From the NCBI GenBank assembly GCA_027320085.1, contig DAHVLZ010000037.1:20392-84391 (forward strand): DNA of 64,000 nucleotides. Direction: 5' to 3'. The position numbers were made by a program, and so were the translations under genes. The stretch is from Pseudomonadota bacterium (lineage in GTDB: Bacteria > Pseudomonadota > Gammaproteobacteria > JAKAQQ01). Of the stretch, positions 25,198 through 35,557 are shown piece by piece (within the stretch, counting starts at the first letter, position 1; every line of letters starts with the position of its first letter). The notes below the pieces were generated by a model, which did no database searches, was not told where the DNA came from, and saw nothing but the letters and a program-made list of their open reading frames with translations.

Positions 25198-27687
25198 ATG
25201 AGGTGGTGGCAGCTCTTCCGGCTGGGAGAGATCCCCTTTCTTTTGGGTGTGATCCTGGTTACGACCGCGTTGTCTTCGGTCACTCTGCTTGAGGGACGAT
25301 TCCAGCAGACACTCATCCGACGAACTGAGGCGACATTCGGCGGTGCCGTCCGTCTCGAGCGGAGTGCACCCTTTCCTGCTGCGTTTCTCAAGAGCCTGCG
25401 CAGCCCCTTACTGAAAAAAACCCGTCTGGTTCGTTTCCCGACGGTGGTCGTGCATGGAAGGGCGACCCATTTGGTCGAGCTCAATGCCGTAGGATCGAAT
25501 TACCCGGTTGTGGGTACGGTCGCCCTGCGAAGATCCAGATCCGGAAGGTCAACCTACTTACGACGCGGGCCTGTGTCCGGTCACGTCTGGGCCACCCCTG
25601 AGCTTCTGGATGCGCTCAAAGCGAAGGTGGGTTCACGGATCACGATCGGATATGCCTCATTCAGGATCACGGGGCTTTTCAACCTGGCGCCGGCCATCTC
25701 CTCCGGTCTGTCCCTGTTTGCCCCACCGCTCATCCTGAACGGAGTCGATCTCGGTCGCACCCGACTGGCCGGAACCGAGAGCCGGATTGAGGATTTCCTG
25801 CTGGTAGCAGGCCCTGCGTCCATCCTGGGCCGGCTCGAAAAGAAGGTTCGGTCCTGGTATCCCGCGCTGGATGTCCGCATCATGACCGCGCAAAAAACCC
25901 GTTCCCGGACCGAGGGGGCTATCGGGCGCGCCGAGCGTTTCCTCAATCTCACGATCACGGGAACGCTGCTTCTGGCATTCCTCGCTCTGTTGCTCAGTGC
26001 GTGGGATCAGGCCCGTCTCGAACGCCCGGAGGTTGCCCTGCTCCGGGCTTGGGGACTCAGGCGAGGACCGCTCCTCCGGCATCTGATCGCGCGTCGACTT
26101 CGTCAAGTGGGGGCCGGTCTTGCTCTCGGTTCAGGGCTTGGCTTTGGGTTGTACCGCCTGATTGCCGCGCTGACCACTGTCCTCGATCCAGCCGGGGGAC
26201 TGACGCCTCATTCGCCTTGGCCGGGGCTCGCCCGCAGCGTGGCGACGGCTGGGCTCCTATCCCTTGCGAGTCTGGCCCCCTCCTGGCTTTGGATCCTCGA
26301 GACTTCCCCACTCGAGAATTTTCGTCCGGTGTCCTCTACCAACTCCACTTCGATTTGGCGCACGACTCTCTGGGCGGGGCTCGCCATCATCGTGTCATAT
26401 GGCGTCTGGACGATCCTGGGTGGCGGTGCCAGCATTCGCTATACCGCAAGCGCCCTCGCCGTGCTTATTGGAACCACCCTCATCGCCTTTCTCTTGTTCG
26501 CTGGTCTTCGCCGTCTCGCCTTTCGGGGGCGAGCCGATCTCGGCTGGGTGATTGCGAGCCTCAATCGTCGCTCCGTGCTCCTTTCCTTCACGCTGGGTTC
26601 CTTGACCCTCGTGGTCTGCCTTATCACATTTCTCTTGGGCGCCCGTACAAGCCTTTTTGCCGGATACCAGGAGATGTTCAGTGCAAAAACACCCAATTGG
26701 TTCATCATCGGCATCGAGCCTGGTGAACAACCCGGCCTTGCCGCACTTCTGACTCGCCATCATCTCAAGCCGGCTCCATTTGCGCCGCTCTACATCGCGC
26801 GCTGGGTTGCGCTCAACGGAAAGACGCTGGAACCGTCCCTGATCACCAATCCCCGCGAACGCTTTTGGGCGCTCCATGACCAAAGTGTGAGTGCCACGCC
26901 GCTCTTGCCGGTTGGGGATCGGATTGTGGCTGGGCGTTTCTGGAGAAGTGACAGCGACCGGCGCGAGGCATCGCTGGTTCGAGGTTTTGCCCGCGCGAGC
27001 GGAATCGGCATGGGTGACCAGCTGACCTACCGCATTGCGGGGCGAGAGTTTACCGTACGGGTGACAAGCCTCCGGCACGTGCGTTGGGATCGCATGACGC
27101 CCAACTTCTTCGTTGAAGTCACTCCGCGCGTGGTGGTTGATCTCCCCCACACCGAAATCACCTCGCTCCGGGCGCCCTCAGCGGCTAGAGGCTGGTTGGT
27201 CCGCCTGCCGCGGCACTTTCCGGGAGTGTCTACGGTCGATCTTGACCAAATCATTCGAGAGCTGAGACGGGTGTTAACCCAGGCCTCGGAAGCGGTATCG
27301 GTCCTGCTCGCGACAACATTGGTTGCTGCTTTGCTGCTCGCCTACTTGGTCGTGGCTGTGACACGCGAGGAGCGTGCCCGTGAACTGACCTTGTTTCGTA
27401 CCCTGGGCGTTCGCCGGAGACGGGTTCGAACCTGGCTCCTCCTTGAGTTTGGGCTGCTCGGGCTGATCTCGGGGATTCTGGGATCAGGCGCGGCCGGATT
27501 GCTCGGTGCCTTCGAAGCCCGGAGTCTCTTGCATCTGCGTTTCCATCCCGACTGGCGGGTCCTGGGGCTGGCCCCCGTTGTGACCACGGGACTCACGCTC
27601 ATGCTGGGTCTCCTCGCCATGGCCCCGGCTCTCTGGAGAGCCCGCAAACGCTACTGGCGTGCTTTGCGTGCCTTCCAGGAGTTCTAA
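25198..27687 (+). CDS. FtsX/MacB-type ABC permease (YbbP-like)
   Basis: Duplicated permease architecture, PNWFIIGI and VRWDRMTPNFF motifs, follows the ATPase gene. Confidence 0.85.
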   Translation: MRWWQLFRLGEIPFLLGVILVTTALSSVTLLEGRFQQTLIRRTEATFGGAVRLERSAPFPAAFLKSLRSPLLKKTRLVRFPTVVVHGRATHLVELNAVGSNYPVVGTVALRRSRSGRSTYLRRGPVSGHVWATPELLDALKAKVGSRITIGYASFRITGLFNLAPAISSGLSLFAPPLILNGVDLGRTRLAGTESRIEDFLLVAGPASILGRLEKKVRSWYPALDVRIMTAQKTRSRTEGAIGRAERFLNLTITGTLLLAFLALLLSAWDQARLERPEVALLRAWGLRRGPLLRHLIARRLRQVGAGLALGSGLGFGLYRLIAALTTVLDPAGGLTPHSPWPGLARSVATAGLLSLASLAPSWLWILETSPLENFRPVSSTNSTSIWRTTLWAGLAIIVSYGVWTILGGGASIRYTASALAVLIGTTLIAFLLFAGLRRLAFRGRADLGWVIASLNRRSVLLSFTLGSLTLVVCLITFLLGARTSLFAGYQEMFSAKTPNWFIIGIEPGEQPGLAALLTRHHLKPAPFAPLYIARWVALNGKTLEPSLITNPRERFWALHDQSVSATPLLPVGDRIVAGRFWRSDSDRREASLVRGFARASGIGMGDQLTYRIAGREFTVRVTSLRHVRWDRMTPNFFVEVTPRVVVDLPHTEITSLRAPSAARGWLVRLPRHFPGVSTVDLDQIIRELRRVLTQASEAVSVLLATTLVAALLLAYLVVAVTREERARELTLFRTLGVRRRRVRTWLLLEFGLLGLISGILGSGAAGLLGAFEARSLLHLRFHPDWRVLGLAPVVTTGLTLMLGLLAMAPALWRARKRYWRALRAFQEF

Positions 27688-27775
27688 TCCGGGAGCCCCC
27701 TTTCCTAGGCTGGGGCCCTAGGCCCGGGCTGAGGGTACCCGGGCCCGACAATAGGGGGCAATTCGCTACGGGTAC

Positions 27776-28420
27776 CTACTGGAAAAAGTAGTAGGTGACG
27801 CCGAGCGCGAACTGGTTACCGTAGTTATTGGTGCCGACAGTGATGGCAACATCACCGCTCAGGTGTTTGAGGAAATAGTACTGTGCCTCTCCGGTTACGG
27901 TGGCCGCTGAAGAGAAAGGACAGTCGGTGCAGCTACCGAAGGTATTGATGCCGAGCAGGCCGTCAATTTCGAGCCGCCGGACCGGGGGATGCCAGCGTAC
28001 GCCACCTGCAACCTCGAATCCGCTCGTGCTGCTGGAACCGCTGGCACAGCCGAATGGCCCACAGACCGACACGTCAAACTCGTCATGGAGGAAAAGGGCC
28101 TCGGCGATGAAATCCAGAGGTTGCCGGGTCGGCAGCCGGGTATGAAATCCCACGCCCAGGTCCAGGTTGTTGGCGCTCACGCCTCCACCGTAGCCCAGGT
28201 ATTCGTAGCCGGCCAGGAAGTTGAAGTGGGGGTTGAAGTTATAGGAGCCATAAAGGTCGATTCCGTTGCCGCTGGAACCACCATTCGGGGAATAGGACGC
28301 GAAGCCGCCGCCGATGTATGTGTATTGGAAACTCTGGGCCAAGCCCGGAGCGGCCCAGAAAACCAAGGCTGCCAAGGTCAATCCTGTGGCCAGAAAGGAT
28401 CTGGTAAATGCCTTTTTCAT
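27776..28420 (-). CDS. Outer-membrane beta-barrel protein
   Basis: Signal peptide, alternating aromatic beta-strands (FQYTYIGGGF), C-terminal GVTYYF. Confidence 0.8.
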   Translation of the reverse strand: MKKAFTRSFLATGLTLAALVFWAAPGLAQSFQYTYIGGGFASYSPNGGSSGNGIDLYGSYNFNPHFNFLAGYEYLGYGGGVSANNLDLGVGFHTRLPTRQPLDFIAEALFLHDEFDVSVCGPFGCASGSSSTSGFEVAGGVRWHPPVRRLEIDGLLGINTFGSCTDCPFSSAATVTGEAQYYFLKHLSGDVAITVGTNNYGNQFALGVTYYFFQ

Positions 28421-28560
28421 GTTCGTGATTCCTCAAGTGGAAAGTTAAAAGAGACTCTTCGTAGGAGGGCTGGTTTCCCAAGCTTTTTGGCCCTACTTTA
28501 TCCCGCGCCAAGGGTATTCTAGCTACGATCCGGCGTCAAGAACCCCGCCTCCGTTGTACC

Positions 28561-29247
28561 ATGGAAACTTGGTGGGGGTGGGTTGTGCGTTCAAGGCTAC
28601 TGTTCTTCGTGGTGATCGGTGTGGGACTTTTGGGTTCTCTCCCCTGTGCCTCAGCGCAGGCGATCGGGGCGGGCCTCGACTTCCAAGACAGCCATGCGGT
28701 CTTCGATGTCGGTGGAAACCATTACGCCACCCATTACATCGAAACTGGGCTTACCTTCCGGCAATGGCTGGTCCCTTCCCTCTTCAACCTGGGATTGCGG
28801 GGTGGCTATCTCAGTGTGACCCAGGACTCCAATCCGGTCGTAAGCGGGGCCAATATCGGGGGCGAATACATCGGGCTGGACGCCAGCTTCCGCTACAACT
28901 GGATTCCCTGGATTGGTTTCCGGGCCTATGCCAGCGAAACCTACCACCATAGTTCGACGACCACGAAAATCGGTGTGAATCACATTGACTGGTACGGTTT
29001 CCACGCACGAGCCGGTGCCGACCTCCATTTCGGGATCGTGGGTATTGGCGCTGGGGCTTTCTACCGCCGCGCCACCGGTCATGAGCCAATGCCGGCATCA
29101 CAACCAGAAACCGTGGCCTTGTTCGAAAATGAAACTGGACCGTACGCAAGCGTGACCCTCTATCCAGTTGTCGGGGGCAGCGTGACGCTTTTGGGCGAGG
29201 GCGGGCGGTGGCACACCTACCTTCTGACGTTCCGGTATGGCTTCTGA
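28561..29247 (+). CDS. Outer-membrane beta-barrel protein
   Basis: Signal peptide (ASAQA), amphipathic beta-strands, terminal FRYGF. Confidence 0.75.
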   Translation: METWWGWVVRSRLLFFVVIGVGLLGSLPCASAQAIGAGLDFQDSHAVFDVGGNHYATHYIETGLTFRQWLVPSLFNLGLRGGYLSVTQDSNPVVSGANIGGEYIGLDASFRYNWIPWIGFRAYASETYHHSSTTTKIGVNHIDWYGFHARAGADLHFGIVGIGAGAFYRRATGHEPMPASQPETVALFENETGPYASVTLYPVVGGSVTLLGEGGRWHTYLLTFRYGF

Positions 29248-30100
29248 GACTCCTTCCCCGGCCCGAGGCACCTTGGGGCAGTCGACCACCTTCCTCCGCT
29301 TGGAAAATCGGCTGCGCCGCCAAGTCGGGCAAGCTATCGCCGATTACTCAATGATCCGGGCGGGCGACCGGGTCCTGGTCGCAGTCTCGGGAGGCAAAGA
29401 TTCCTACACACTGCTCACCCTCCTCCGCCAGCTCAAGCGTCGTGCGCCGCTGGACTTCGTGCTCAGGGCTGTCCACCTGGATCAGAGGCAGCCCGGGTTT
29501 CCGACTGAAATCATCCGTCGCTACCTTGAGGAGGAGGCCATCCCACATGACATCATTACCCAGGACACTTACGGAGTCGTAGCCCGCGTGATTCCGGAGG
29601 GACAGAACCGCTGTGGCCTGTGCTCACGCCTCCGGCGGGGTGCGCTCTACCGCTGGGCTCGTGAGAAGGGTTATAACGTTCTAGCGCTAGGGCACCACCA
29701 AGACGATATCCTTGAAACCTTCCTGCTCAACCTCTTCCATGGGGGGCGTCTGGCTGCCATGCCGCCCAAGCTTCTGTCCGATGACGGCCAGATTCTCGTG
29801 ATCCGCCCACTCGCGTACTGTACCGAGTCGGATATTGCCCGTTACGCCCGAGCAAGCCGATTCCCCATCGTTCCCTGCAAGGTCTGCGGTAGCCAGGACC
29901 GGCTCGAGCGGCAAGCGCTCAAACAACTCCTCGCCTGCTGGAGACGAGAGCATCCGGAGCGTGTGGCCTCGATCGGGACCGCCCTTGGGCGGATCGTGCC
30001 CTCCCATCTCCTCGACCGGGATCTCTGGGACTTTGCCGGGCTTGGGGCCTCTCTGCCGGCCCCATCAAGCACGGAACTGGCCGAAACCGGAACCCGATGA
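29237..30100 (+). CDS. ttcA: tRNA 2-thiocytidine(32) synthetase
   Basis: SGGKDSY PP-loop, CGLCSRLRRG, GHHQDD, MPPKL, PCKVCG. Confidence 0.95.
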   Translation: MASETPSPARGTLGQSTTFLRLENRLRRQVGQAIADYSMIRAGDRVLVAVSGGKDSYTLLTLLRQLKRRAPLDFVLRAVHLDQRQPGFPTEIIRRYLEEEAIPHDIITQDTYGVVARVIPEGQNRCGLCSRLRRGALYRWAREKGYNVLALGHHQDDILETFLLNLFHGGRLAAMPPKLLSDDGQILVIRPLAYCTESDIARYARASRFPIVPCKVCGSQDRLERQALKQLLACWRREHPERVASIGTALGRIVPSHLLDRDLWDFAGLGASLPAPSSTELAETGTR

Positions 30101-30459
30101 AAACTTCGCTCTACAAGGTTTTCCGGCTGGAGTGCGCCCACTACCTGCCGGCCGTTCCGGAAGGACATCCCTGTGCGCGGATGCATGGGCATTCCTTCAC
30201 GGTCACGCTCCATCTCCGGGGCGAGGTCGACCCACAAACCGGCTGGATTCTGGATTTCGGGCGAGTACGGGAGCATTTCGAGCCGCTTCGCATCCTTCTC
30301 GACCATCACACCCTGAACGAGATCCCGGGCCTTGAGAACCCGACCTCCGAGCATCTCGCCCGTTTTGTCTACCTCCGCCTAAAACCCGATTTGCCGGAGC
30401 TTTACCGGGTAGATGTCGGGGAGACCAGCACGGCCGGGGCACGGGTCGAGGATGACTGA
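30097..30459 (+). CDS. queD: 6-carboxytetrahydropterin synthase
   Basis: AHYLP...CARMHGHSF, LDHHTLNEIPGLENPTSE. Confidence 0.95.
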   Translation: MKTSLYKVFRLECAHYLPAVPEGHPCARMHGHSFTVTLHLRGEVDPQTGWILDFGRVREHFEPLRILLDHHTLNEIPGLENPTSEHLARFVYLRLKPDLPELYRVDVGETSTAGARVEDD

Positions 30460-30543
30460 TGGCGAACGGTCGGATCCGAGCCGGCTGCGCTAGAATGACC
30501 TTGGCCGGTATTGTGAACCGAGCGTGATTCTTCGGAGGGTGCG

Positions 30544-31125
30544 ATGACCAGACGACACATCAGGGCTTTTACGACGGCGGGCCTCCTGCTCATGGCTTTG
30601 GGGCCGGCAGCAGAGGCACTCACGATTCATTCCGTCCATGTGCCCGAGACGCTCACGCTCCATGGAGCCAAACTTCGGTTGAACGGTGCCGGGGTCCGCA
30701 ATTACACGCTCATCTTCAGTTTCGGGGTCTATGTGGGGGCGCTCTACCTTGAGCATCCCACCCACCAGACAAGCCATGCGCTTGCCGAAAAGGGCCCCGA
30801 CCGCGTCGCCATGTATTTCCTCCGTGGTGTGAGCCGCAGTGAACTCCGGTCGGCTTGGCGGAAGGGATTCCGGCGTAACAACTCAAGCTCGGTCCAGTCC
30901 CGACTGGCTCATGAAATTGCCTCCTTCATCGCAGTCTGGAAGCCGCTGCACGATCACGATCGAGTCTTTCTCGATTATGCTCCGGCGTCAGGAACGACAG
31001 TCTCCGTCAACGGAACCCTCATCGGGCATTTTCCCGGACGGCGGTTTCATGAAGCGCTGCTCCGGATCTGGCTCGGACCGCGTCCACCGACCCATGATCT
31101 CAAGCACCGGATGCTTGGTCGCTAA
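30544..31125 (+). CDS. Exported chalcone isomerase-like protein
   Basis: LRLNGAGVR, VYVGALYL, LLRIWLG motifs after a signal peptide. Confidence 0.85.
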   Translation: MTRRHIRAFTTAGLLLMALGPAAEALTIHSVHVPETLTLHGAKLRLNGAGVRNYTLIFSFGVYVGALYLEHPTHQTSHALAEKGPDRVAMYFLRGVSRSELRSAWRKGFRRNNSSSVQSRLAHEIASFIAVWKPLHDHDRVFLDYAPASGTTVSVNGTLIGHFPGRRFHEALLRIWLGPRPPTHDLKHRMLGR

Positions 31126-31949
31126 CGGGTCCCGCTGTCCGTGGGATCCTCGAGGGGCTCGGGGATGGCCGCAGGATCAGCGAAAGCGACGAAGAAGGGA
31201 TTCTTGAGTGAGGGCTTCTGGTTATAGGCAAGGGGTTCGCTCGCAAGCGTCGTCACCTGGCCGCCAGAGGCGGCCAGAAGGCAGTGCCCCGCTGCTGTAT
31301 CCCACTCACAGGTCGGTCCCAGCCGGATGTAGAGGTCGGCTGCACCGGACGCGATACGCGCAAACTTGAGTGAACTGCCAAGGCCGAGCCGTTCATGAGG
31401 ACCGAGGCGTGAAAGGAATTTTTCCAACCGGGCATCACTGTGCGAGCGGCTCGCGAGCACCCGGAGCGGGTGAGCTGCGGGACGCGTGCCGTTAAGCCGG
31501 TGCCAGGGATTGTGACTGCAGGAGGCAAAAGCCCCGACCGTTGCGATTCCGAAATAACTCTCGCCAAGCGCGGGGGCATGAATCACGCCGAGAACCGGTT
31601 CACCTTGGTCGATGAGTGCGACATTGACCGTGAACTCGCCATTGCGTTTGACAAACTCGCGTGTCCCATCCAACGGATCGATGAGCCAGTACCGTTCCCA
31701 GGTTTGTCGTACTGCCCAAGGGGGTTCGGTGCCCTCCTCGGACAGAATCGGGAGTGAGGGTTTGAGTTTGCCGAGTCCCTCGACGAGAACGGCATGAGCC
31801 TTGAGGTCAGCTGCGGTTAGCGGGCTCTGGTCGCCCTTTCTTTCGATCGAGAAATCATTGCGGTAAACCCCCATGATCTCGTCTCCTGCGGCAAAGGCCA
31901 GGCGCAGGACGTCCGGATAAAGGGCGACGGCGAGATCGGTGGTATGCAT
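31122..31949 (-). CDS. cysQ: 3'(2'),5'-bisphosphate nucleotidase
   Basis: SPLTAAD, WLIDPLDGTREF, GSSLKF, WDTAAG. Confidence 0.95.
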   Translation of the reverse strand: MHTTDLAVALYPDVLRLAFAAGDEIMGVYRNDFSIERKGDQSPLTAADLKAHAVLVEGLGKLKPSLPILSEEGTEPPWAVRQTWERYWLIDPLDGTREFVKRNGEFTVNVALIDQGEPVLGVIHAPALGESYFGIATVGAFASCSHNPWHRLNGTRPAAHPLRVLASRSHSDARLEKFLSRLGPHERLGLGSSLKFARIASGAADLYIRLGPTCEWDTAAGHCLLAASGGQVTTLASEPLAYNQKPSLKNPFFVAFADPAAIPEPLEDPTDSGTR

Positions 31950-32037
31950 GGGCCTTGGAGCCTAGCACAACTCCGGATCCGGATCCGGGGCGGTGTGTTT
32001 CCGGTATCATGAGGGCCCAAAAGGAGGGAAAACTAGC

Positions 32038-33192
32038 ATGTCTCCGGAAGATTTTTGCGGGATTGGCTCGGAACTCGCGGAGGAAGATCGTCTCGTGCAG
32101 TCAGTGGTGGCGCGTTTCGTCGATGAACGGGCACTGCCACTTCTGCCCAGGGCCTTCGAGGAAGGCTTTTTCCCGATGGAGCTCATCCCCGAGATAGGAT
32201 CACTCGGCATTCTCGGAAGTTCCATCCACGGCTACGGTTGCCCCGGGCTCGGTGCCTTGGCCTATGGCGTGATTTGCGAGGAACTGGAGCGTGGGGACAG
32301 CGGATTGCGGAGTTTTGTCTCGGTCCAGTCGAGTCTTGTCATGTACCCGATTGCGACCTATGGGACAGAAGAGCAGAAAGCCCATTGGCTGCCGAAACTG
32401 GCACGCGCCGAAGCCATAGGTTGCTTTGGCCTGACCGAGGCACACGGGGGGTCGGATCCTGCTGCCCTGCAGACCCGGGCCCGTCTGGATGGCGGGGACT
32501 GGATTCTCTCGGGCTCAAAGATGTGGATCACGAACGGAACATTGGCCGACCTTGCCGTGGTCTGGGCACAGACGGACCAAGGCATCCGAGGTTTTCTCGT
32601 GGAAAAGGGCATGCCGGGATTCCGCGCGCAGGCCATCCACCACAAGCTTTCCCTCCGCGCTTCGGATACCGCTGCCCTGTTTTTCGACAATGTGGCCGTT
32701 CCCGAACAAAACCGGCTGCCGGGAGCCCAGAGTCTCAAGGCTCCCCTGTCATGCCTGACCCAGGCCCGTTACGGGATCGCCTGGGGTGCGCTCGGTGCGG
32801 CACGTTCCTGCCTGTCCACGGTTCTCGAGTACACCCGCACCCGTGAACTCTTTGGACGGCCCCTGGCCGCCACGCAGACGGTCCAGCTGCGGATTGCCGA
32901 GATGGTTCGCACGCTTACCTTGGCCCGGCTCCTAGCTTTCCGCCTGGGCCAACTCAAGGACCGAGGGAAACTCGATCCGGCGCAAGTCTCGCTTGCCAAG
33001 TGGAACAACGTCCGAATGGCGCTAGAGATTGCCCGGGAAGCACGGGATCTTTTGGGTGGAGCCGGGATCACGACGGAGTTTCCTCCGCTTCGTCATGCCC
33101 TCAACCTCGAAAGCGTTGTGACCTACGAGGGAACCGAGACCATCCACGAACTGGTTGTGGGCAAGGCGGTAACGGGATTCGATGCATTCTGA
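32038..33192 (+). CDS. Acyl-CoA dehydrogenase, glutaryl-CoA dehydrogenase-like
   Basis: ELERGDSGLRSFVSVQSSL, CFGLTE..GSDP, ARYGIAWGALG, NLESVVTYEGT. Confidence 0.88.
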   Translation: MSPEDFCGIGSELAEEDRLVQSVVARFVDERALPLLPRAFEEGFFPMELIPEIGSLGILGSSIHGYGCPGLGALAYGVICEELERGDSGLRSFVSVQSSLVMYPIATYGTEEQKAHWLPKLARAEAIGCFGLTEAHGGSDPAALQTRARLDGGDWILSGSKMWITNGTLADLAVVWAQTDQGIRGFLVEKGMPGFRAQAIHHKLSLRASDTAALFFDNVAVPEQNRLPGAQSLKAPLSCLTQARYGIAWGALGAARSCLSTVLEYTRTRELFGRPLAATQTVQLRIAEMVRTLTLARLLAFRLGQLKDRGKLDPAQVSLAKWNNVRMALEIAREARDLLGGAGITTEFPPLRHALNLESVVTYEGTETIHELVVGKAVTGFDAF

Positions 33193-35557
33193 ATCAACAA
33201 CGCAGGGTCCTCGCCTTGCTAGACAGGCCCAGCGCAGCATCAATCGGGCTGAAATCCTTGATGCCAAGACCCGAGCGGCTCTGTTCGCCCTGGGTGAAAC
33301 GGCGACACCTCCTCCGGCACAGGAATCCGGGAGAGTGCTTGAGGAGACGGGAGGGCTTTCCATTCGCGATCTCTGGCAGCTCTTCGAATCCCAACTCCTC
33401 TCGCGCCACCTTGATCTTGTGGCGCGTCTGCTGCGGGCACGGGGCCAGGGTTTTTACACGATCGGCAGCAGTGGGCACGAGGCTAATGTGGTCTGGGGGC
33501 GACTGCTTCGTCTCACGGATCCTGTTTTTTTGCATTACCGGAGTGGTGCCTTCATGCTGGAGCGGGCCCGGCATCAGCCAGGCATCGATATGGTTCATGC
33601 CATCGCACTCTCGCTCACGGCAAGCCGGGATGATCCGATCGCCCAGGGACGGCACAAGGTGTTCGGGCACCCCGATCTTTTGGTTCCGCCACAGACCAGC
33701 ACGATCGCGAGTCATGTGCCCAAGGCTTTTGGCACGGCGGCACTTCTGGAATTGGCGCGCCGGCTTGAGGCCGGGAAATGGCCCCGGGATGGTCTCGTCT
33801 TCGTGAGCTTCGGCGATGCGAGCGCCAACCATTCGACAGCGCTTGGTGCTCTCAACGCGGCCGCTCAAACCGCCTGGCAGGGGCTTGCTTGTCCGCTTTT
33901 CTGCTTGTGCGAGGATAACGGACTTGGGATCTCAGTCCGTACGCCCTCCGGCTGGATCGAATCCAATTACCGTGACCGCTCTGGGCTCCGTTACTACTCG
34001 GCCGATGGAAGCGATCTCTTTGAGGTTTGGCGGAAGGCTCGGGAGGCCCTCGAGTTTTGCCGTACGAGGCAGGCACCGGTTTTCTTCCATCTCCGGGTGG
34101 TCCGTCTGCTCGGTCATGCGGGAACCGATGCCGAAAGTGAGTACCGGTCGGTTGGGGAGATCGAGGCAGATGAGGCACGAGACCCCATTCTCAAAACAGC
34201 CAACCTGCTTCATCGGAACGGTCTGGCCTCTGGGACGGCACTCTTGACTGCCTACGAGAAGGCCCGCACCCGGGTAGAGCAGGCGGCGGAACGCGCCATC
34301 CAGACCCTGCGGCTTTCGGATACCGAGGAGGTCATGAAACCCCTTGCGCCCTTCTCGCCTGTAGCCGTCGCTACTGAAGCAACCCGGATCCATCGGGAGA
34401 CAGTGGATACTGGACAGCCCACCGCGGGGGAGCACCTCCACCTCTCAATCGCAATCAATCGCGCACTCGCCGAATCCCTCGACCGATATCCTGGTTTGGT
34501 CCTTTTCGGTGAGGACGTTGCTCAGAAGGGAGGCGTCTATACCGTCACATCGGGGCTCCACCGTCGTTACGGGGCGCGGCGCGTGTTCAATACGCTTCTA
34601 GACGAACAAACCATCTTGGGACTGGCCCAGGGTGGCGCATTCCTCGGGCTCCTGCCGGTTGCCGAAATCCAATACTTGGCCTATTTTCACAACGCTGAGG
34701 ACCAGATTCGAGGGGAGGCCTGCTCTCTCCAGTTTTTCTCCTCGGACCAGTACCGTAATGGCTTCGTGGTTCGTATTCCCGGGCTGGCCTACCAGAAGGG
34801 ATTCGGTGGGCATTTCCACAATGACAACAGCTGGAGCATTTTTCGCGATATCCCGGGACTCATCGTGGTCTGTCCGGCTCGGGCAGATGACGCCGTCGGG
34901 CTGCTCCGGACCGCCCTCGCCCTTGCTCATGTCGATGGGCGCATCGTGGTGTACCTCGAACCCATCGCACTCTACATGACCAAAGACCTCCATAAAGCCG
35001 GAGACCGGCTCTGGCTTGCACCCTTTCCAGAACGGGGAGCGGCTGTACCTTTCGGTGAGCCCCGCTGGTATGGGCCCCGGGAAGATCTAGATCTTCTCAT
35101 CGTGACCTACGGTAACGGCGTCTACTTGAGTCTGAGGGCCGTACATGCCACCGAAACCCAGAAACGGGTCGGGGTTCTTGACCTGCGCTGGCTCAAGCCA
35201 CTTAACCACGAGGCCCTCGTCGCTGCCTTCGGACAGGCTCGACAAGTCCTGGTTGTCGATGAGGGGCGCCGAACTGGGAGTGTTTCCGAGGAAATTGTGA
35301 CGCTTTTGGGAGAATGCGCACCCAAACTTCCCTTCCGGCGGCTTGTGTCCGAGGATTGCTACATTCCACTCGGTCCGGCGGCCGATGCAGTTTTGCTCAC
35401 GGAGGAGGAAATCCGCGAAGCCGTAAATGACCTTCTTGCGCAGGATTCGTCCCGCTCAGAGCGGTCAGACGTGGGGGAGGGATTCAGGGACGACGCGGAG
35501 GGAAAATCCACCACAGTGCGACCACATAGATCCAGACCGCGGCGTAGATCAGGGTAA
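33182..35557 (+). CDS. ThDP-dependent 2-oxoacid dehydrogenase E1, fused alpha/beta
   Basis: FYTIGSSGHE, GDA...EDNG ThDP motif, FGEDV..KGGVY, EIQYLAY, LDLRWL. Confidence 0.88.
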   Translation: MHSESTTQGPRLARQAQRSINRAEILDAKTRAALFALGETATPPPAQESGRVLEETGGLSIRDLWQLFESQLLSRHLDLVARLLRARGQGFYTIGSSGHEANVVWGRLLRLTDPVFLHYRSGAFMLERARHQPGIDMVHAIALSLTASRDDPIAQGRHKVFGHPDLLVPPQTSTIASHVPKAFGTAALLELARRLEAGKWPRDGLVFVSFGDASANHSTALGALNAAAQTAWQGLACPLFCLCEDNGLGISVRTPSGWIESNYRDRSGLRYYSADGSDLFEVWRKAREALEFCRTRQAPVFFHLRVVRLLGHAGTDAESEYRSVGEIEADEARDPILKTANLLHRNGLASGTALLTAYEKARTRVEQAAERAIQTLRLSDTEEVMKPLAPFSPVAVATEATRIHRETVDTGQPTAGEHLHLSIAINRALAESLDRYPGLVLFGEDVAQKGGVYTVTSGLHRRYGARRVFNTLLDEQTILGLAQGGAFLGLLPVAEIQYLAYFHNAEDQIRGEACSLQFFSSDQYRNGFVVRIPGLAYQKGFGGHFHNDNSWSIFRDIPGLIVVCPARADDAVGLLRTALALAHVDGRIVVYLEPIALYMTKDLHKAGDRLWLAPFPERGAAVPFGEPRWYGPREDLDLLIVTYGNGVYLSLRAVHATETQKRVGVLDLRWLKPLNHEALVAAFGQARQVLVVDEGRRTGSVSEEIVTLLGECAPKLPFRRLVSEDCYIPLGPAADAVLLTEEEIREAVNDLLAQDSSRSERSDVGEGFRDDAEGKSTTVRPHRSRPRRRSG

